Shown: in pieces, positions 47,795 through 58,189 of the stretch
How positions within the stretch are numbered: the first letter of the stretch is position 1
Layout of the letters: every line of letters begins with the position of its first letter
From: a virus
Taxonomy: Duplodnaviria; Caudoviricetes
IMG/VR virus record: IMGVR_UViG_3300025098_005131
Length of the DNA stretch: 64,000 nucleotides
Reading direction: 5' to 3' (one strand)
Position numbers and translations under genes: made by a program
The notes under the pieces: generated by a model
What the model was told of the DNA's origin: nothing
Database searches by the model: none
Seen by the model: the letters and a program-made list of their open reading frames with translations, nothing else

Positions 47795-48820
47795 TTGAAC
47801 ATTCCTTATATAAGCTTAATGATGCTTTATCTTATTCCAATTAGCGCAATGTTAATATTAAATTCTATTCAAGACATCAAAGACATATTTAGAAGAATAA
47901 AGACAGGTGATTATTTTGTTGTAGTAGAAAAATGTGCTGCACCGATCTTATCTTTGGGAATTGCAGCTTCTTTTTATCTTTACTGAAAGGGTTTTATGAA
48001 AGACTTAATTGAATACAAGTTTGGAGATATTTCTATTAAAAAGGTTTCAAACGGTTGGATGCTCGTTGAAGGCTCTTCAAGAGATGAAGATGAAATAATG
48101 TTTTCTGTTTATGAGTCTGAAGAAAGACCTTTTTTAGATCATACTAATGCTACTTTAGGTGATGCCGAATCACTAGTAAGGCTTTTAGAAGATGCATTTG
48201 AATCTTATCTTCAATGCAAGCAGTTTGGTGGCATTTCAATCAGTTTTCATGAAAAAGGTTATGAAGATGATAAAGAAAAATTAATTGAAACATAATGTGT
48301 AAATTAGATTAAATACAAATATAATAATAGTATAAGGCAACAAAAATTAATTCTTTAAAGGTATAAAAAATGGCAAGGTATATTTCAAAGTTCGAGTTTG
48401 CTTGTGAATTATTTGGCTATGAAAAAGCAATTAACATGGACAAGCCCATTATAGAATCATATTATAATGACTGGAAATCTTCTACTTATTCTTTAAAAAT
48501 TTACAAAAACTTACTTAAAACTAGAGGTTAATTTGATTATCAAAGAAGACTTTATGATGCTAGACTTTAATAAATTTGAACACACGAAAAAATACTGCCA
48601 GCTTCTTAGCTCTAAACCAGAAGATTTAATGATGTGCAAAGAGTCTAATTCTTACAACAGCTTAATTAATAAGTCTAATAAGATGGGAACACTTAATCTC
48701 AAATATAACGGTGAGTTTTTTGATGTAGTTTTTAGAAACATTGCAGGAAACCCTTTTGCTTTCTATCCTGGAATGAAGTTAATAATCATCGGCCGCCGAT
48801 CTTTAGATCGCTTACTTTAA
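47795..48820 (+). CDS. Small hypothetical ORFs (47795-47986 membrane, 47996-48295, 48533-48820)
   Basis: ORF track; promoters at 47727 and 48297. Confidence 0.55.
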
Positions 48821-48947
48821 CAATAAAAGACTACATCTGTAGTCAAAACAAACGCAATAATAAGTTTATTGTGAATTACTTAGTTAAACTATAATATAGT
48901 TTTTCTAAGCTACCCAAACTTAAACACACCACTTGAAAGGAAAAAGC

Positions 48948-49334
48948 ATGGGAAATACACTTTTTGATACTAATCGTTTTGTTGAGAATACTTCTGTAAA
49001 CCAATTGAAGAATGGCACAATCCAATTTATGGACACACAAAATCCAGGAGTTTATTACACAACTCATCGTAACGGAAACATCAATAGAGTAATTAAGACT
49101 AACGAGACAATTGTAACATCTGATGGAACTAATACTACTCGTCAAATTGTTAAACCACGTACACGATCTTATTCAGTAAATTATCGACAGTCAGGTAATG
49201 GTGGCTTTGTAAAGCTCCACCGTCTATCAGACCAACTTGGTCGTATCCAAGAGGTAGGAGCTTTCTATTCTACAGATCAGACTATGAATGTTGTTAACGC
49301 AGATGGTCAAACAATTATTACAACACCTCGTTAA
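48948..49334 (+). CDS. Hypothetical protein similar to the N-terminal domain of 42627-43322
   Basis: AAAGGA SD; shared motifs listed under 42627. Confidence 0.7.
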   Translation: MGNTLFDTNRFVENTSVNQLKNGTIQFMDTQNPGVYYTTHRNGNINRVIKTNETIVTSDGTNTTRQIVKPRTRSYSVNYRQSGNGGFVKLHRLSDQLGRIQEVGAFYSTDQTMNVVNADGQTIITTPR

Positions 49335-49406
49335 AACTTGTTTAAACTTTTAACTTATTAGTTATATAATGTAACTAAGGTTTATCCATCGGGATAAGCC
49401 AATTTA

Positions 49407-49479
49407 GGGCCTTTAGCTCAGTGGTTAGAGCATCCGACTCATAATCGGCAGGTCCTGGGTTCAAACCCCAGAGGGCCCA
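49407..49479 (+). tRNA. tRNA-CAT, most likely Ile2 (lysidine type)
   Basis: GGGCCTT/AGGGCCC acceptor; TCCGA-CTCATAA-TCGGC; overall resemblance to bacterial Ile2; no encoded CCA. Confidence 0.88.
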
Positions 49480-49505
49480 TTCTTTTAAATTAATAAATCA
49501 AATAT

Positions 49506-49578
49506 GCTGGTGTAGCTCAATTGGCAGAGCAGCTGATTTGTAATCAGCAGGTTAAGGGTTCGAGTCCCCTCATCAGCT
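49506..49578 (+). tRNA. tRNA-Thr(TGT)
   Basis: GCTGA-TTTGTAA-TCAGC anticodon arm; full cloverleaf. Confidence 0.95.
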
Positions 49579-49626
49579 TTCCCGTAATTAAACAATTACA
49601 GACACAGACACAGAAAGGAGTTTGAT

Positions 49627-49830
49627 ATGGGAGATTTAAATAAAAACGGTTACGAGATTCGTGAGAGTTTACTTGGACTTGCAGTCGGAATTTTGGATAC
49701 AAGAAACGCTACTTTGCGTGAAAACGAGTATTTAAAAGCTGAAGGTAAGCAACAAGAAATTCAACCGTACGACGTTCAAGAAGTTTTAAAAACTGCTGAG
49801 ACATTGTATCAATTCGTATCCAAGAAGTAA
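49627..49830 (+). CDS. Small phage-type hypothetical protein
   Basis: YEIRESLLGLA...EVLKTAETLYQFVS; AAAGGAG SD. Confidence 0.75.
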   Translation: MGDLNKNGYEIRESLLGLAVGILDTRNATLRENEYLKAEGKQQEIQPYDVQEVLKTAETLYQFVSKK

Positions 49831-50018
49831 TGAGTTTTTATGTTGCACAAAGTAGTAAGATTTTTATTAGGTTTGCATGGTTCTTTTCATGTTGTTGAAA
49901 CAGGATTAAATCTATATGAAGGTGCTTATCTTAGTGCAGCATTAACTTTATTTTCTTCAATTGTGATGTTACTTGGCGCTTATATTGATCATGAGCATCA
50001 CAGATAATTAATAATTTA

Positions 50019-50100
50019 GCTCTGATGGTGGAACGGTATACACAGAAGACTTAAAATCTTCCGCCTTTAAGGCTTGCGGGTTCGAATCCCGCTCGGAGCA
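50019..50100 (+). tRNA. tRNA-Leu(TAA)
   Basis: GAAGA-CTTAAAA-TCTTC; long variable arm; A73. Confidence 0.95.
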
Positions 50101-50141
50101 TTTATTTTACAACCTTTTAATTTAAAATGCGAGTTTAAATC

Positions 50142-50408
50142 ATGCATTCTTATATAGACTTATTAAGAGAAAACAATTACCTTAAAGGTTGTCTTAAGTT
50201 TGAAGACTTTGTTTATGCTGTATGTATAGGTGCTTCAGGTTCCCAAGTAAAAGCGCTAGGATGCATAAAGTTTCAAAACGGCGTTGATCACTATAGAAGC
50301 AGAGATAAAATGTTTAAGAACGTTGATTGCGAAAAATATTGGGTTCTCGTTGAAGAAGATGTTTACACTAACTTCAAAAAAGGATATAATACTTTTGTAG
50401 TAAAATAA
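50142..50408 (+). CDS. Hypothetical protein
   Basis: ORF track; lies between tRNAs. Confidence 0.55.
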   Translation: MHSYIDLLRENNYLKGCLKFEDFVYAVCIGASGSQVKALGCIKFQNGVDHYRSRDKMFKNVDCEKYWVLVEEDVYTNFKKGYNTFVVK

Positions 50409-50412
50409 TTAA

Positions 50413-50485
50413 GGGATATTAGCTTAATCGGTAAAGCACCGGACTTTTAATCCGTTGAGTGTAGGTTCGAGTCCTACATGTCCCA
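50413..50485 (+). tRNA. tRNA-Lys(TTT)
   Basis: CCGGA-CTTTTAA-TCCGT arm; GTAGG-TTCGAGT-CCTAC T arm. Confidence 0.93.
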
Positions 50486-50489
50486 TTCA

Positions 50490-50561
50490 GCACTCGTAGC
50501 TCAGCGGAAGAGCAGTGGCCTTCTAAGCCATTGGTCGTAGGTTCAAATCCTACCGGGTGTA
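50490..50561 (+). tRNA. tRNA-Arg(TCT)
   Basis: GTGGC-CTTCTAA-GCCAT arm; full cloverleaf. Confidence 0.93.
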
Positions 50562-50593
50562 CTTATATGTTTTTTTAATATGAAAAGCAAAAA

Positions 50594-50800
50594 ATGATAA
50601 AAAAATCAAACGTCAATGATCTTGTTAGAATAGTAGGCCGGTCATATATGCCCCTAAAAGATAGGCCAGTTTACCTTGTTTTAAAGAAAAAAGAAGATGA
50701 TTATAAATATGATTTTCTTTTATTGAGTGAAAACGGAGAATCATTCTGGACCAGATTTGTTAGGAAAAGTAAAGACGGTAACTTAGTCATTATATCCTAA
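50594..50800 (+). CDS. Small hypothetical protein
   Basis: ORF track. Confidence 0.55.
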   Translation: MIKKSNVNDLVRIVGRSYMPLKDRPVYLVLKKKEDDYKYDFLLLSENGESFWTRFVRKSKDGNLVIIS

Positions 50801-52983
50801 ATAAATACTTCATCTCTCAGCGTAGGCAAGTTAAATGTATCTTCAACGATCCATCCAAGATTATCTATTTTTTCTCTAATAACCTTCATCTTAACAAAAT
50901 CACTTGAAAGAGCAGTAGCACTATTAAATGCTTTCATGCCTTCTTTAAACATTTCTTTAGGTAAATCCGCTGCATCTCTTAAAGCATATCCGTCTTTTAC
51001 ATCATACATTTTTTCTAATATAAACTTAGGATCAAACTTATCTCTATTTATAGTGTAAGCTGATGCACCAAAGTCCACTACACCAATTTGCTCTGAAAGT
51101 GTGTAAAATATGTCTCCCCCGCCGCCACAGGAGTTAGAGTAATAGCCAAATTGTTTAGCAATCTCGTCAAAATTAATAGAACCATTGACTAGTCCTTCTT
51201 TTTCAAGGTTGATAACTGTGTTGTATTTAAATAAGTTTTTTAAAACAGTCAAACTTTCGGATGTTTTAAGTCTTTCGTCATTAAATAAATCAATCAATTC
51301 TTTCTCTACATCACTTGCTGTTGACGAATTACTTTCAAGTGAATCATTTAAAGCTTTCGCATCGTTTGTTGTATTTAATATGATGTCGTCTATTTTAAAT
51401 CTAGAAATAGAATTATCAACTACACAAGTGCCTCCGCTACCAATGACATCATCATAAATTTTATATACAAATTCATCAGCAAGACCTTCGTCATTCATTA
51501 AATAAAACTTACCCTTTAAAGGTTCAAGCTCTTGCTCTACAAGTCTTGCAAATTCTTCTTCGTTTTGTGCTACACATTTTAAACCGTTAAGTTCAAAGTC
51601 TGCTAACTTTGGTTCATTTGGATCAAAAGATAGTGCATACTTTTTTAATAGATAACAATACTTTTCAAATTCATCTTTACTAACAATTTCAAGTCCTGGA
51701 CCAAAAGTATCAACAAAAGTTAGAAAAGGTTCAGCTAAGATAGAACAGATAAATTGTATGTACTTATATGACTTAGCTAAATCTCTACAATAATTGTCAA
51801 AAGCAGGCTGAGTATTTTCTACTCTTGAAATAATAAGGTCTTCAGCGGCATCACCATAAGCTTCCATTAAAGGATCTAGCACACTGTTAACTTCCTTAGG
51901 AAAGTTTTCTAAAAACTCATCATCGCTATCATTTTCTTTTGAAAAGTTTGCAAGTTTTTGTTTTAGTTCTTCACCTCTCTTTAGATTAAACTCATTATCA
52001 TCTTCGTCTATTTCTTGTGAGAAAGTAAATACATCTTCAAGACTTGTTCCTGATCTGCCTATTAACCTTTCAATTTCATCTTCAATTATAGGTTCACCTT
52101 CTTTGCCAAAATATCCTGCACCTGTGAGTTTATATGAATTTGACATTTCCGGGTAATAAATAACGCAAACAGGACCATCATTTCGCCCGTGAAAGATTAC
52201 ACCAGTTATAACATCTCTCAGTTTTGTATACTTTCCTCTTTTAAATAGCTTACTATATTTATTTATAACATGCAATGCCATTGGAGCAGTTCTAATATCT
52301 GTCTCATAAGTGCTATTTAAAAATTCAGGTCTGTCTGACATTTTTGATAATACATCAAGAAAGCTGCTTATAGCATCATCAGCATCAGGTGAAATATCTA
52401 GTTTAACTTCTTGATTATAGAAACCACGAATATCAACGTTCATTTTTCTGCATATTTCTAAAAACTGGTCTTCTAATCTAAAATTGTCTCCGTATATACC
52501 TTTTGCTATTCCTGCATTAAAAATTAGCATTGAAGATATATCAACATCAAATCTTAAAATAACGCTACCATATGTTCTTGCAATTTCTGGGTTTAATTTA
52601 TAACATGTATAAAGACCTTTAGCATACATCCTACCCTCTCCAGCTATGAAATAGCTACCTGCGTCCCAAGAACCAGTTCTAATACTATCTGCTATATGAT
52701 ATGCTTGTCCTTGAGGCGTCTTAAATTTCTCAAGATCTTTTGCGGCGGCTTTGTATTCCATTTTAGATAAAATACTTTTTGCTCTTGTTTTTTTCTTGCT
52801 CTTGCTTTTTGCTTCAATTTCATCTCTCAAGCCTTTGTCTGTTTTGTCCAACTTTTTCTTATAGGCAGAGTCGTACTGAGATGTCTTAAATCCTGTCAAG
52901 TGGTAGACAGTTGCTTTCTTTGAGCTATAATCTATTTCTTCTTTAAGCAGCTTTTGATAATGCTCTTTTAATAACTTTCTCAT
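50797..52983 (-). CDS. Large protein with N-terminal leader and PARP-like ADP-ribosyltransferase domain
   Basis: MRKLLKEHYQKLLKEE; VYHLT; GEGRMYAKGLYTC; YGSVILRFDV (H-Y type ART-like motifs). Confidence 0.6.
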   Translation of the reverse strand: MRKLLKEHYQKLLKEEIDYSSKKATVYHLTGFKTSQYDSAYKKKLDKTDKGLRDEIEAKSKSKKKTRAKSILSKMEYKAAAKDLEKFKTPQGQAYHIADSIRTGSWDAGSYFIAGEGRMYAKGLYTCYKLNPEIARTYGSVILRFDVDISSMLIFNAGIAKGIYGDNFRLEDQFLEICRKMNVDIRGFYNQEVKLDISPDADDAISSFLDVLSKMSDRPEFLNSTYETDIRTAPMALHVINKYSKLFKRGKYTKLRDVITGVIFHGRNDGPVCVIYYPEMSNSYKLTGAGYFGKEGEPIIEDEIERLIGRSGTSLEDVFTFSQEIDEDDNEFNLKRGEELKQKLANFSKENDSDDEFLENFPKEVNSVLDPLMEAYGDAAEDLIISRVENTQPAFDNYCRDLAKSYKYIQFICSILAEPFLTFVDTFGPGLEIVSKDEFEKYCYLLKKYALSFDPNEPKLADFELNGLKCVAQNEEEFARLVEQELEPLKGKFYLMNDEGLADEFVYKIYDDVIGSGGTCVVDNSISRFKIDDIILNTTNDAKALNDSLESNSSTASDVEKELIDLFNDERLKTSESLTVLKNLFKYNTVINLEKEGLVNGSINFDEIAKQFGYYSNSCGGGGDIFYTLSEQIGVVDFGASAYTINRDKFDPKFILEKMYDVKDGYALRDAADLPKEMFKEGMKAFNSATALSSDFVKMKVIREKIDNLGWIVEDTFNLPTLRDEVFI

Positions 52984-53520
52984 CTATTCTCCGAATTTTA
53001 TGTTTTGAGGTTTTCTATCTTTTGGTAATACATAACTATGTTTAATGACTTTAAATATATCTTCTTCTGAGCTAAAGTCATAGACTTTTTTAGTTTTATG
53101 GTTAATAAACCTAAAAGGTGTGTATCTTATATCAGTATTGTTTTTTAAGTGCTTCATAATTCTTAAATTCCAATCTTCACATCCTGTTAAAAAGAAAAGC
53201 ATAGAATAATAATTGTGATGCCCAGCAATAAATAAATCAATACCCGTATCAAGTATTTGACCTTTATAAAAAGATCCTTTAGAGAAAAACTGGTAATCCA
53301 TTGTATCTTCTAATGTTTTCCCTGCAAGCTGGGGATTGTCTACTTCAATAACGATATCTAAATCACCTATTGTTTTTCTTCCTCTTCTTAAAGATCCTGC
53401 AGGCGAAATGTTTTTAACTTGGATGCCATTCTGCTCAAGAACAAAAACAATATCTTTTGACTCTAATTGGTATAAACTATTTGCACTTTCCCAAGACATC
53501 CTATTAGGTTTAATCCTCAT
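52984..53520 (-). CDS. Minimal DNA polymerase X (palm and thumb only)
   Basis: AGSLRRGRKTIGDLDIVI; IDLF; FFLTG; SEEDIF...YVLPKDR; 178 aa. Confidence 0.88.
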   Translation of the reverse strand: MRIKPNRMSWESANSLYQLESKDIVFVLEQNGIQVKNISPAGSLRRGRKTIGDLDIVIEVDNPQLAGKTLEDTMDYQFFSKGSFYKGQILDTGIDLFIAGHHNYYSMLFFLTGCEDWNLRIMKHLKNNTDIRYTPFRFINHKTKKVYDFSSEEDIFKVIKHSYVLPKDRKPQNIKFGE

Positions 53521-53611
53521 TTTTTTCCTTGTGTGTAAAATAAAAATATTTATGTTATAATATAAAAAACAATAAAGATATTAAATTTAAATTAAAAGAA
53601 AAATTTAAAAA

Positions 53612-54274
53612 ATGAAAAAAAAGTTAAACAACATAAAGCATAATCTATTAGAACAGTGGAAAAAATCCTTTGATTATAAAGGATTTAGTGACTTAAAACT
53701 TGAAGAAATTAAAAAACTTTTATTGAAGCAGAAAAACATATCTTTGTTAACTGAAAAGTATGGTGCAGATATTTTGCTAGATCTAGAAAAACTAAATATA
53801 AGTTTAATAAAGTCTCAAGCTATAGCAAAAAAGCGTGGTGACCTTTTTGAAGAATTTATACTTAGTAATTCTTTAAAAATAACAGCGAGTAAAGATGTTG
53901 AAATATATACTCAAATAGATAAGAAAAGCATTTTATTTCCTGACTTTTTAAAAAAAGATATTCCAATAGACAAGATCGATCTCTTAATTAAAAGTAAAGA
54001 CTATAATGCAGTCTGTTATATTCAAGTAAGTCTTTGGGGAGGAGGTCAACAGCTAAACAGGGGCGAAAAATATAACTCTATTGAAAAAAACAGCTTATAT
54101 GATATATGTCGTGCTAATGGCTGGAAATTTCATACTATAGTTTGTAATGAGCCTCCCAACATATCAGCTACGAAAAAAGAAACAAGAACTTTTCAGATAA
54201 TAAAGTCTGGTCATGAAAACAATATAATGATGTACCCATCAAAGTTTTTTCATATTTTAAAGGAAATACAATGA
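53612..54274 (+). CDS. Putative PD-(D/E)xK restriction endonuclease
   Basis: RGDLFEEFI...KIDLLI...YIQVSLWGGGQQLNRG; ATGA-coupled to a methyltransferase. Confidence 0.5.
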   Translation: MKKKLNNIKHNLLEQWKKSFDYKGFSDLKLEEIKKLLLKQKNISLLTEKYGADILLDLEKLNISLIKSQAIAKKRGDLFEEFILSNSLKITASKDVEIYTQIDKKSILFPDFLKKDIPIDKIDLLIKSKDYNAVCYIQVSLWGGGQQLNRGEKYNSIEKNSLYDICRANGWKFHTIVCNEPPNISATKKETRTFQIIKSGHENNIMMYPSKFFHILKEIQ

Positions 54275-55101
54275 TTAAGAGCGAAGTAACGAACGATCAA
54301 TTCTATACAAAAGATGCAGTTGCGCATACCTTAATTAAAAAATTGCAGAACAAATATAAAAGTATAGACATGTATTTAGAACCATCAGCTGGGTCTGGTT
54401 CTTTTTATAACTTTTTGCCTAAAGGTAAAAGGATGGGTCTAGATATCGACCCTAAGCATGAAGAAATAAAAAAGCAAGACTTTTTTAGTTTCGATAGCAG
54501 TAACTTAATAAAATCATACAACAGTATTTGTGTAGTAGGAAATCCTCCTTTTGGGAAGAACTCATCTTTAGCAATTAAATTTTTTAATCACAGCGCTGAA
54601 TTTGCCAAATATATAGCTTTTATTGTTCCTAGAACGTTTCGTAAAGAGTCAGTAGTTAATAGACTAGATAAACACTTTCACTTGGTATATGAAGAAATTT
54701 TAGAAAAAAAATCATTCAAGCTAGTTGATAACACTGACTATTCTGTGCCATGTACCTTTCAAGTATGGGAAAAGAAAAACTTTAGTCGTAAAGTTGTGTT
54801 AAGAAGTAAAAATCACAAAGATTGGTCTTGGGTTTCGAAAGAAGACAATCCAAAATTTGCTATAAGGAGAGTTGGTGTAAACGCTGGTAAGATTTTTAAA
54901 TTTGATAAAAACATATCACCTTCTTCACACTACTTTATAAAATGTGATTTGCGAGTATTTGATAATTTTAAAAAGCTATTTGAAACAATGTATAGTAAAG
55001 AAAACAATAACACACATAAGTATGATACAGTTGGAAACCCTTCAATTAGTATGTCCGACTTGGTTGAGGACTATTCTAGATTATTCCAGCGTGCAACTTA
55101 A
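54271..55101 (+). CDS. N6-adenine DNA methyltransferase
   Basis: DQFYT; LEPSAGSGSF (motif I); VGNPPFG (motif IV). Confidence 0.9.
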   Translation: MIKSEVTNDQFYTKDAVAHTLIKKLQNKYKSIDMYLEPSAGSGSFYNFLPKGKRMGLDIDPKHEEIKKQDFFSFDSSNLIKSYNSICVVGNPPFGKNSSLAIKFFNHSAEFAKYIAFIVPRTFRKESVVNRLDKHFHLVYEEILEKKSFKLVDNTDYSVPCTFQVWEKKNFSRKVVLRSKNHKDWSWVSKEDNPKFAIRRVGVNAGKIFKFDKNISPSSHYFIKCDLRVFDNFKKLFETMYSKENNNTHKYDTVGNPSISMSDLVEDYSRLFQRAT

Positions 55102-55193
55102 CAAACTTTAATAATTCATAATAGACAGTTATAGATATAAAACGATATTAAAACTAATCACGTATTAATCCAGTTTTAAAGGACCGAAAATAA

Positions 55194-56177
55194 ATGAATA
55201 ATCATATCAATTCCATCAGACTTCCTAACCATATTCAATACGTGCTTTCTACATTATTTAAGACAATTGATGTTTATGATTACTTAAAAGAAGAAGCTTG
55301 GATTGCCGGGGGTTTTCCCAGAATTATTAGTAAAGAACTTAACTCTAATACGTCAGAGACTTTAGGAAAAGTTTATAGATATTTTTATAACATGGGTGAT
55401 ATCGACATTTTTTCAAGCAATAAAGATAAAGTTAATGATATCACCAACGTAATTAGTAATAGAGTTAAAGCTATTAGAGAAGAAATAATGTATGACGGCT
55501 TTTGTCTTAATAAAGTAAGTGATGCAATTAAAGACGTAAACAGTTTTGAACTACCTTTTACTTTTAATTACGAAAGAAATTTAACTGCTTTAAATAAAAT
55601 CTGCAAGAAAAACAAAGTTAAATATGTAGATGAAGCCCTAAAAGTAGACTTAGAGTTTAGTGTAATACAGACACAGTTTGTTAATAAGTTTATATTTAAA
55701 GACATTAATGAATGCTTTGATAATTTTGACTTTTCTAATTCTAAACTAGCAATATCATTCAAAAGTGGAGAATATTATTTACATTATACAGACTTAGCAG
55801 AGTTTTACAATTCTAGAAACATTTTGAATATTGAGAAAGTTGAGTCACCATATCTTTCAAGTAGAATAACAAAGTATACAAGAAAATACATGTTTGATAT
55901 TGATGATAACAAAAATTTTAGAAATCAGATCAAAGATTATCTATATAAGATACTGCAAGGAAAGTGGCCTGATGTATATAATGGTGCATTCGATATGTCT
56001 AGTTCTGTAAAGAATCTTCATTCTAGTATCGAGCTAGACAGCAAAGATCTTTGCCTTTTCCTGGGAATGTTTACGCACATGAACAGAGTAGCAAGTAAAA
56101 GTGGGTATGGTTTTATGCGTAGTAAAATTATTGAAGTTGACTGGGCAAAACATGAAATGAGTCAAAAAAATGGTTAA
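55194..56177 (+). CDS. Nucleotidyltransferase (CCA-adding / poly(A) polymerase head-like)
   Basis: AWIAGGFPR; GDIDIF; QFV; NFDFSNSK. Confidence 0.7.
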   Translation: MNNHINSIRLPNHIQYVLSTLFKTIDVYDYLKEEAWIAGGFPRIISKELNSNTSETLGKVYRYFYNMGDIDIFSSNKDKVNDITNVISNRVKAIREEIMYDGFCLNKVSDAIKDVNSFELPFTFNYERNLTALNKICKKNKVKYVDEALKVDLEFSVIQTQFVNKFIFKDINECFDNFDFSNSKLAISFKSGEYYLHYTDLAEFYNSRNILNIEKVESPYLSSRITKYTRKYMFDIDDNKNFRNQIKDYLYKILQGKWPDVYNGAFDMSSSVKNLHSSIELDSKDLCLFLGMFTHMNRVASKSGYGFMRSKIIEVDWAKHEMSQKNG

Positions 56178-56957
56178 AAAAGAAGAAATTAAAACAAAGT
56201 TAGAAAAGTGTCCGTATTGTAAAAAGAAGACAGTTACATTCTATCTGCATGAATGTGAAAGATCAATGTCAGAGTATTACGGTTGCAATAAGTGTGACGA
56301 CTGGTGTGTTCACTGCAATAAGGAGTGGGCTGATGGAACAAATAAAAAAGGGTAAAATTTATATTCTTGATAATGGTTTTGATGACATCAAGATTGTTAT
56401 CGCCTTAGAAACTGAAAGAGAATTGCGTTATGAAGAGGACGTTGTATATAATATGTCTTTAGACTTTGTCGAAGTTCTTATAGAAAATAAAGTAGAGACA
56501 ACATTAGTTTCAGACTTACATAAAATTACAGGAGTTAAGTATAATGATTAGTGTAGTATTCGGAATTACACATCCCAGACTATGTGAAGAGTTACCAGAA
56601 GGTAAACATAAGTTTTTTGATATTGGTGAGACAAAGTCTTCTACGTTGATATTAAAAAACTTAATGAAAGATTTGCTGGATTATGACAGCCATCCAGATA
56701 TTGATTTAGTTTTTAGCGACTTTTGTAAAAGCAGAGTATTAAATAACGAAAGCAATTACCATCACATAAGACTTAAAAATATATTCAAAGAGTTTAGCAA
56801 ATGGTACAATGGAACAAAGGTCTCCGCTACTAAAATGTATTTAATTAAAAGAGAAGGAAACAAAGTCTTAGATGTATATGAAAGATGGAATACTTATAGA
56901 GAAAATCCATTCTTTGTTCCGAAAAAAGCAAAGCCTAAAAAGACTTTTTATGTGTAA
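56170..56957 (+). CDS. Three small hypothetical ORFs (56170-56355 Zn-ribbon CxxC, about 56333-56551, 56544-56957)
   Basis: CPYC, CNKC and CVHC in the first ORF; overlapping starts and stops. Confidence 0.6.
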
Positions 56958-56999
56958 TTTATATAATAAAAACTTATAATAGTCTATAAGGAGAAAATA

Positions 57000-58133
57000 G
57001 TGATTCAATTAAATAAAATATACTTTGATGGTAAAGGTTATATACAAAGGCGTATAGACTTAAATGATCTGCCTGCAAATGATCTTATCAAGATCTGCTC
57101 GAGATTTAATTTTACGCCTGTTGATAGTATATCATTTGAAAACTATGAACCACAAACTTTTTGTGACATTACAATAAATGACTACTTCATTCAATGCGTT
57201 TCAATTAAACACATCTATACAGACTCTAAAAAGTCGACTCATACTGTATTGTATCCTTCACACAATCCAAGTAGACTTTATTAAATAGAAAGAAATATAA
57301 ATGCAGCAAGTACAAAGTAAACATAAATGGATTCCAGTCGTAGTTGATTATCTATATGTTGCTGGTGATAAACTAGAAAACATTTTTGCTCATGCAAAAG
57401 TTATACATGGTTATCGTGAAGATGGATATGAGTATTACGAAATAATGATTCCATCACACAACTTTTTTACTTGCTATATTGATGCAGATAAAATAGAGGA
57501 ATTTCTATGAAAATCGACAAACTTAGTATTTTATCTGGTATTTTTTTCTGTTTAACTTTCATACCTGTTTCAATGGTTATGATAGGAACAACACTTACTA
57601 TTTTAGGAATTTTATAGTTAAAATGACAGAAGAAAACATTAAAGAGTTTTTTTACAGTATCAATAGTTTGAATCTTAATAAAAAACAAAAAAAAAGAATA
57701 CTACAGCTTTTTCAAGTAAGAGGTATTAATAAGAAAAACAAAGTAATGACTTACTGTGAATTCAAGAAAATTCTTTTAAATAGACAAGGCAAGATAACTA
57801 GTTTAGTATTAGGGCCAAAGTGGAATAGACTTGTTTTTGCTGATATAGACATAGAGTTATAAAATGAAAGATAAAGATGCAAACGAAGTTCAAAAACAAG
57901 TTATTGACGAAATTAAAGAAAGTGGTGCAATATTAGTTTATATAAATGTTGACGGAAACATTACTCTGTTAACGTCAGGCAATATAACTAAATTGCAATC
58001 AAAGACTGCTGAGCGTATGTTAATTTCTGTAAATCCTTCAATTATTTTAAGTATCATAATATGGATGGAAATTAACTTTGTTAAGCTAGAAGATACAGTT
58101 TATGGGTTTCTTAGGAAGATATTCAAAGTGTAA
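57000..58133 (+). CDS. Small hypothetical ORFs (57000-57284, 57301-57510, 57623-57862, 57864-58133)
   Basis: ORF track; promoter 56952. Confidence 0.6.
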
Positions 58134-58189
58134 TTTGTACAATTAATGTTTATAATATAATGTAAACAACAATCATTGAGGACAAAAAT

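Noticed and set aside
55091-55122. Additional promoter repeat (GTGCAA...CATAAT)
   Set aside because: Spacer is about 20 bp and the -10 is imperfect, so it was not counted among the 37.
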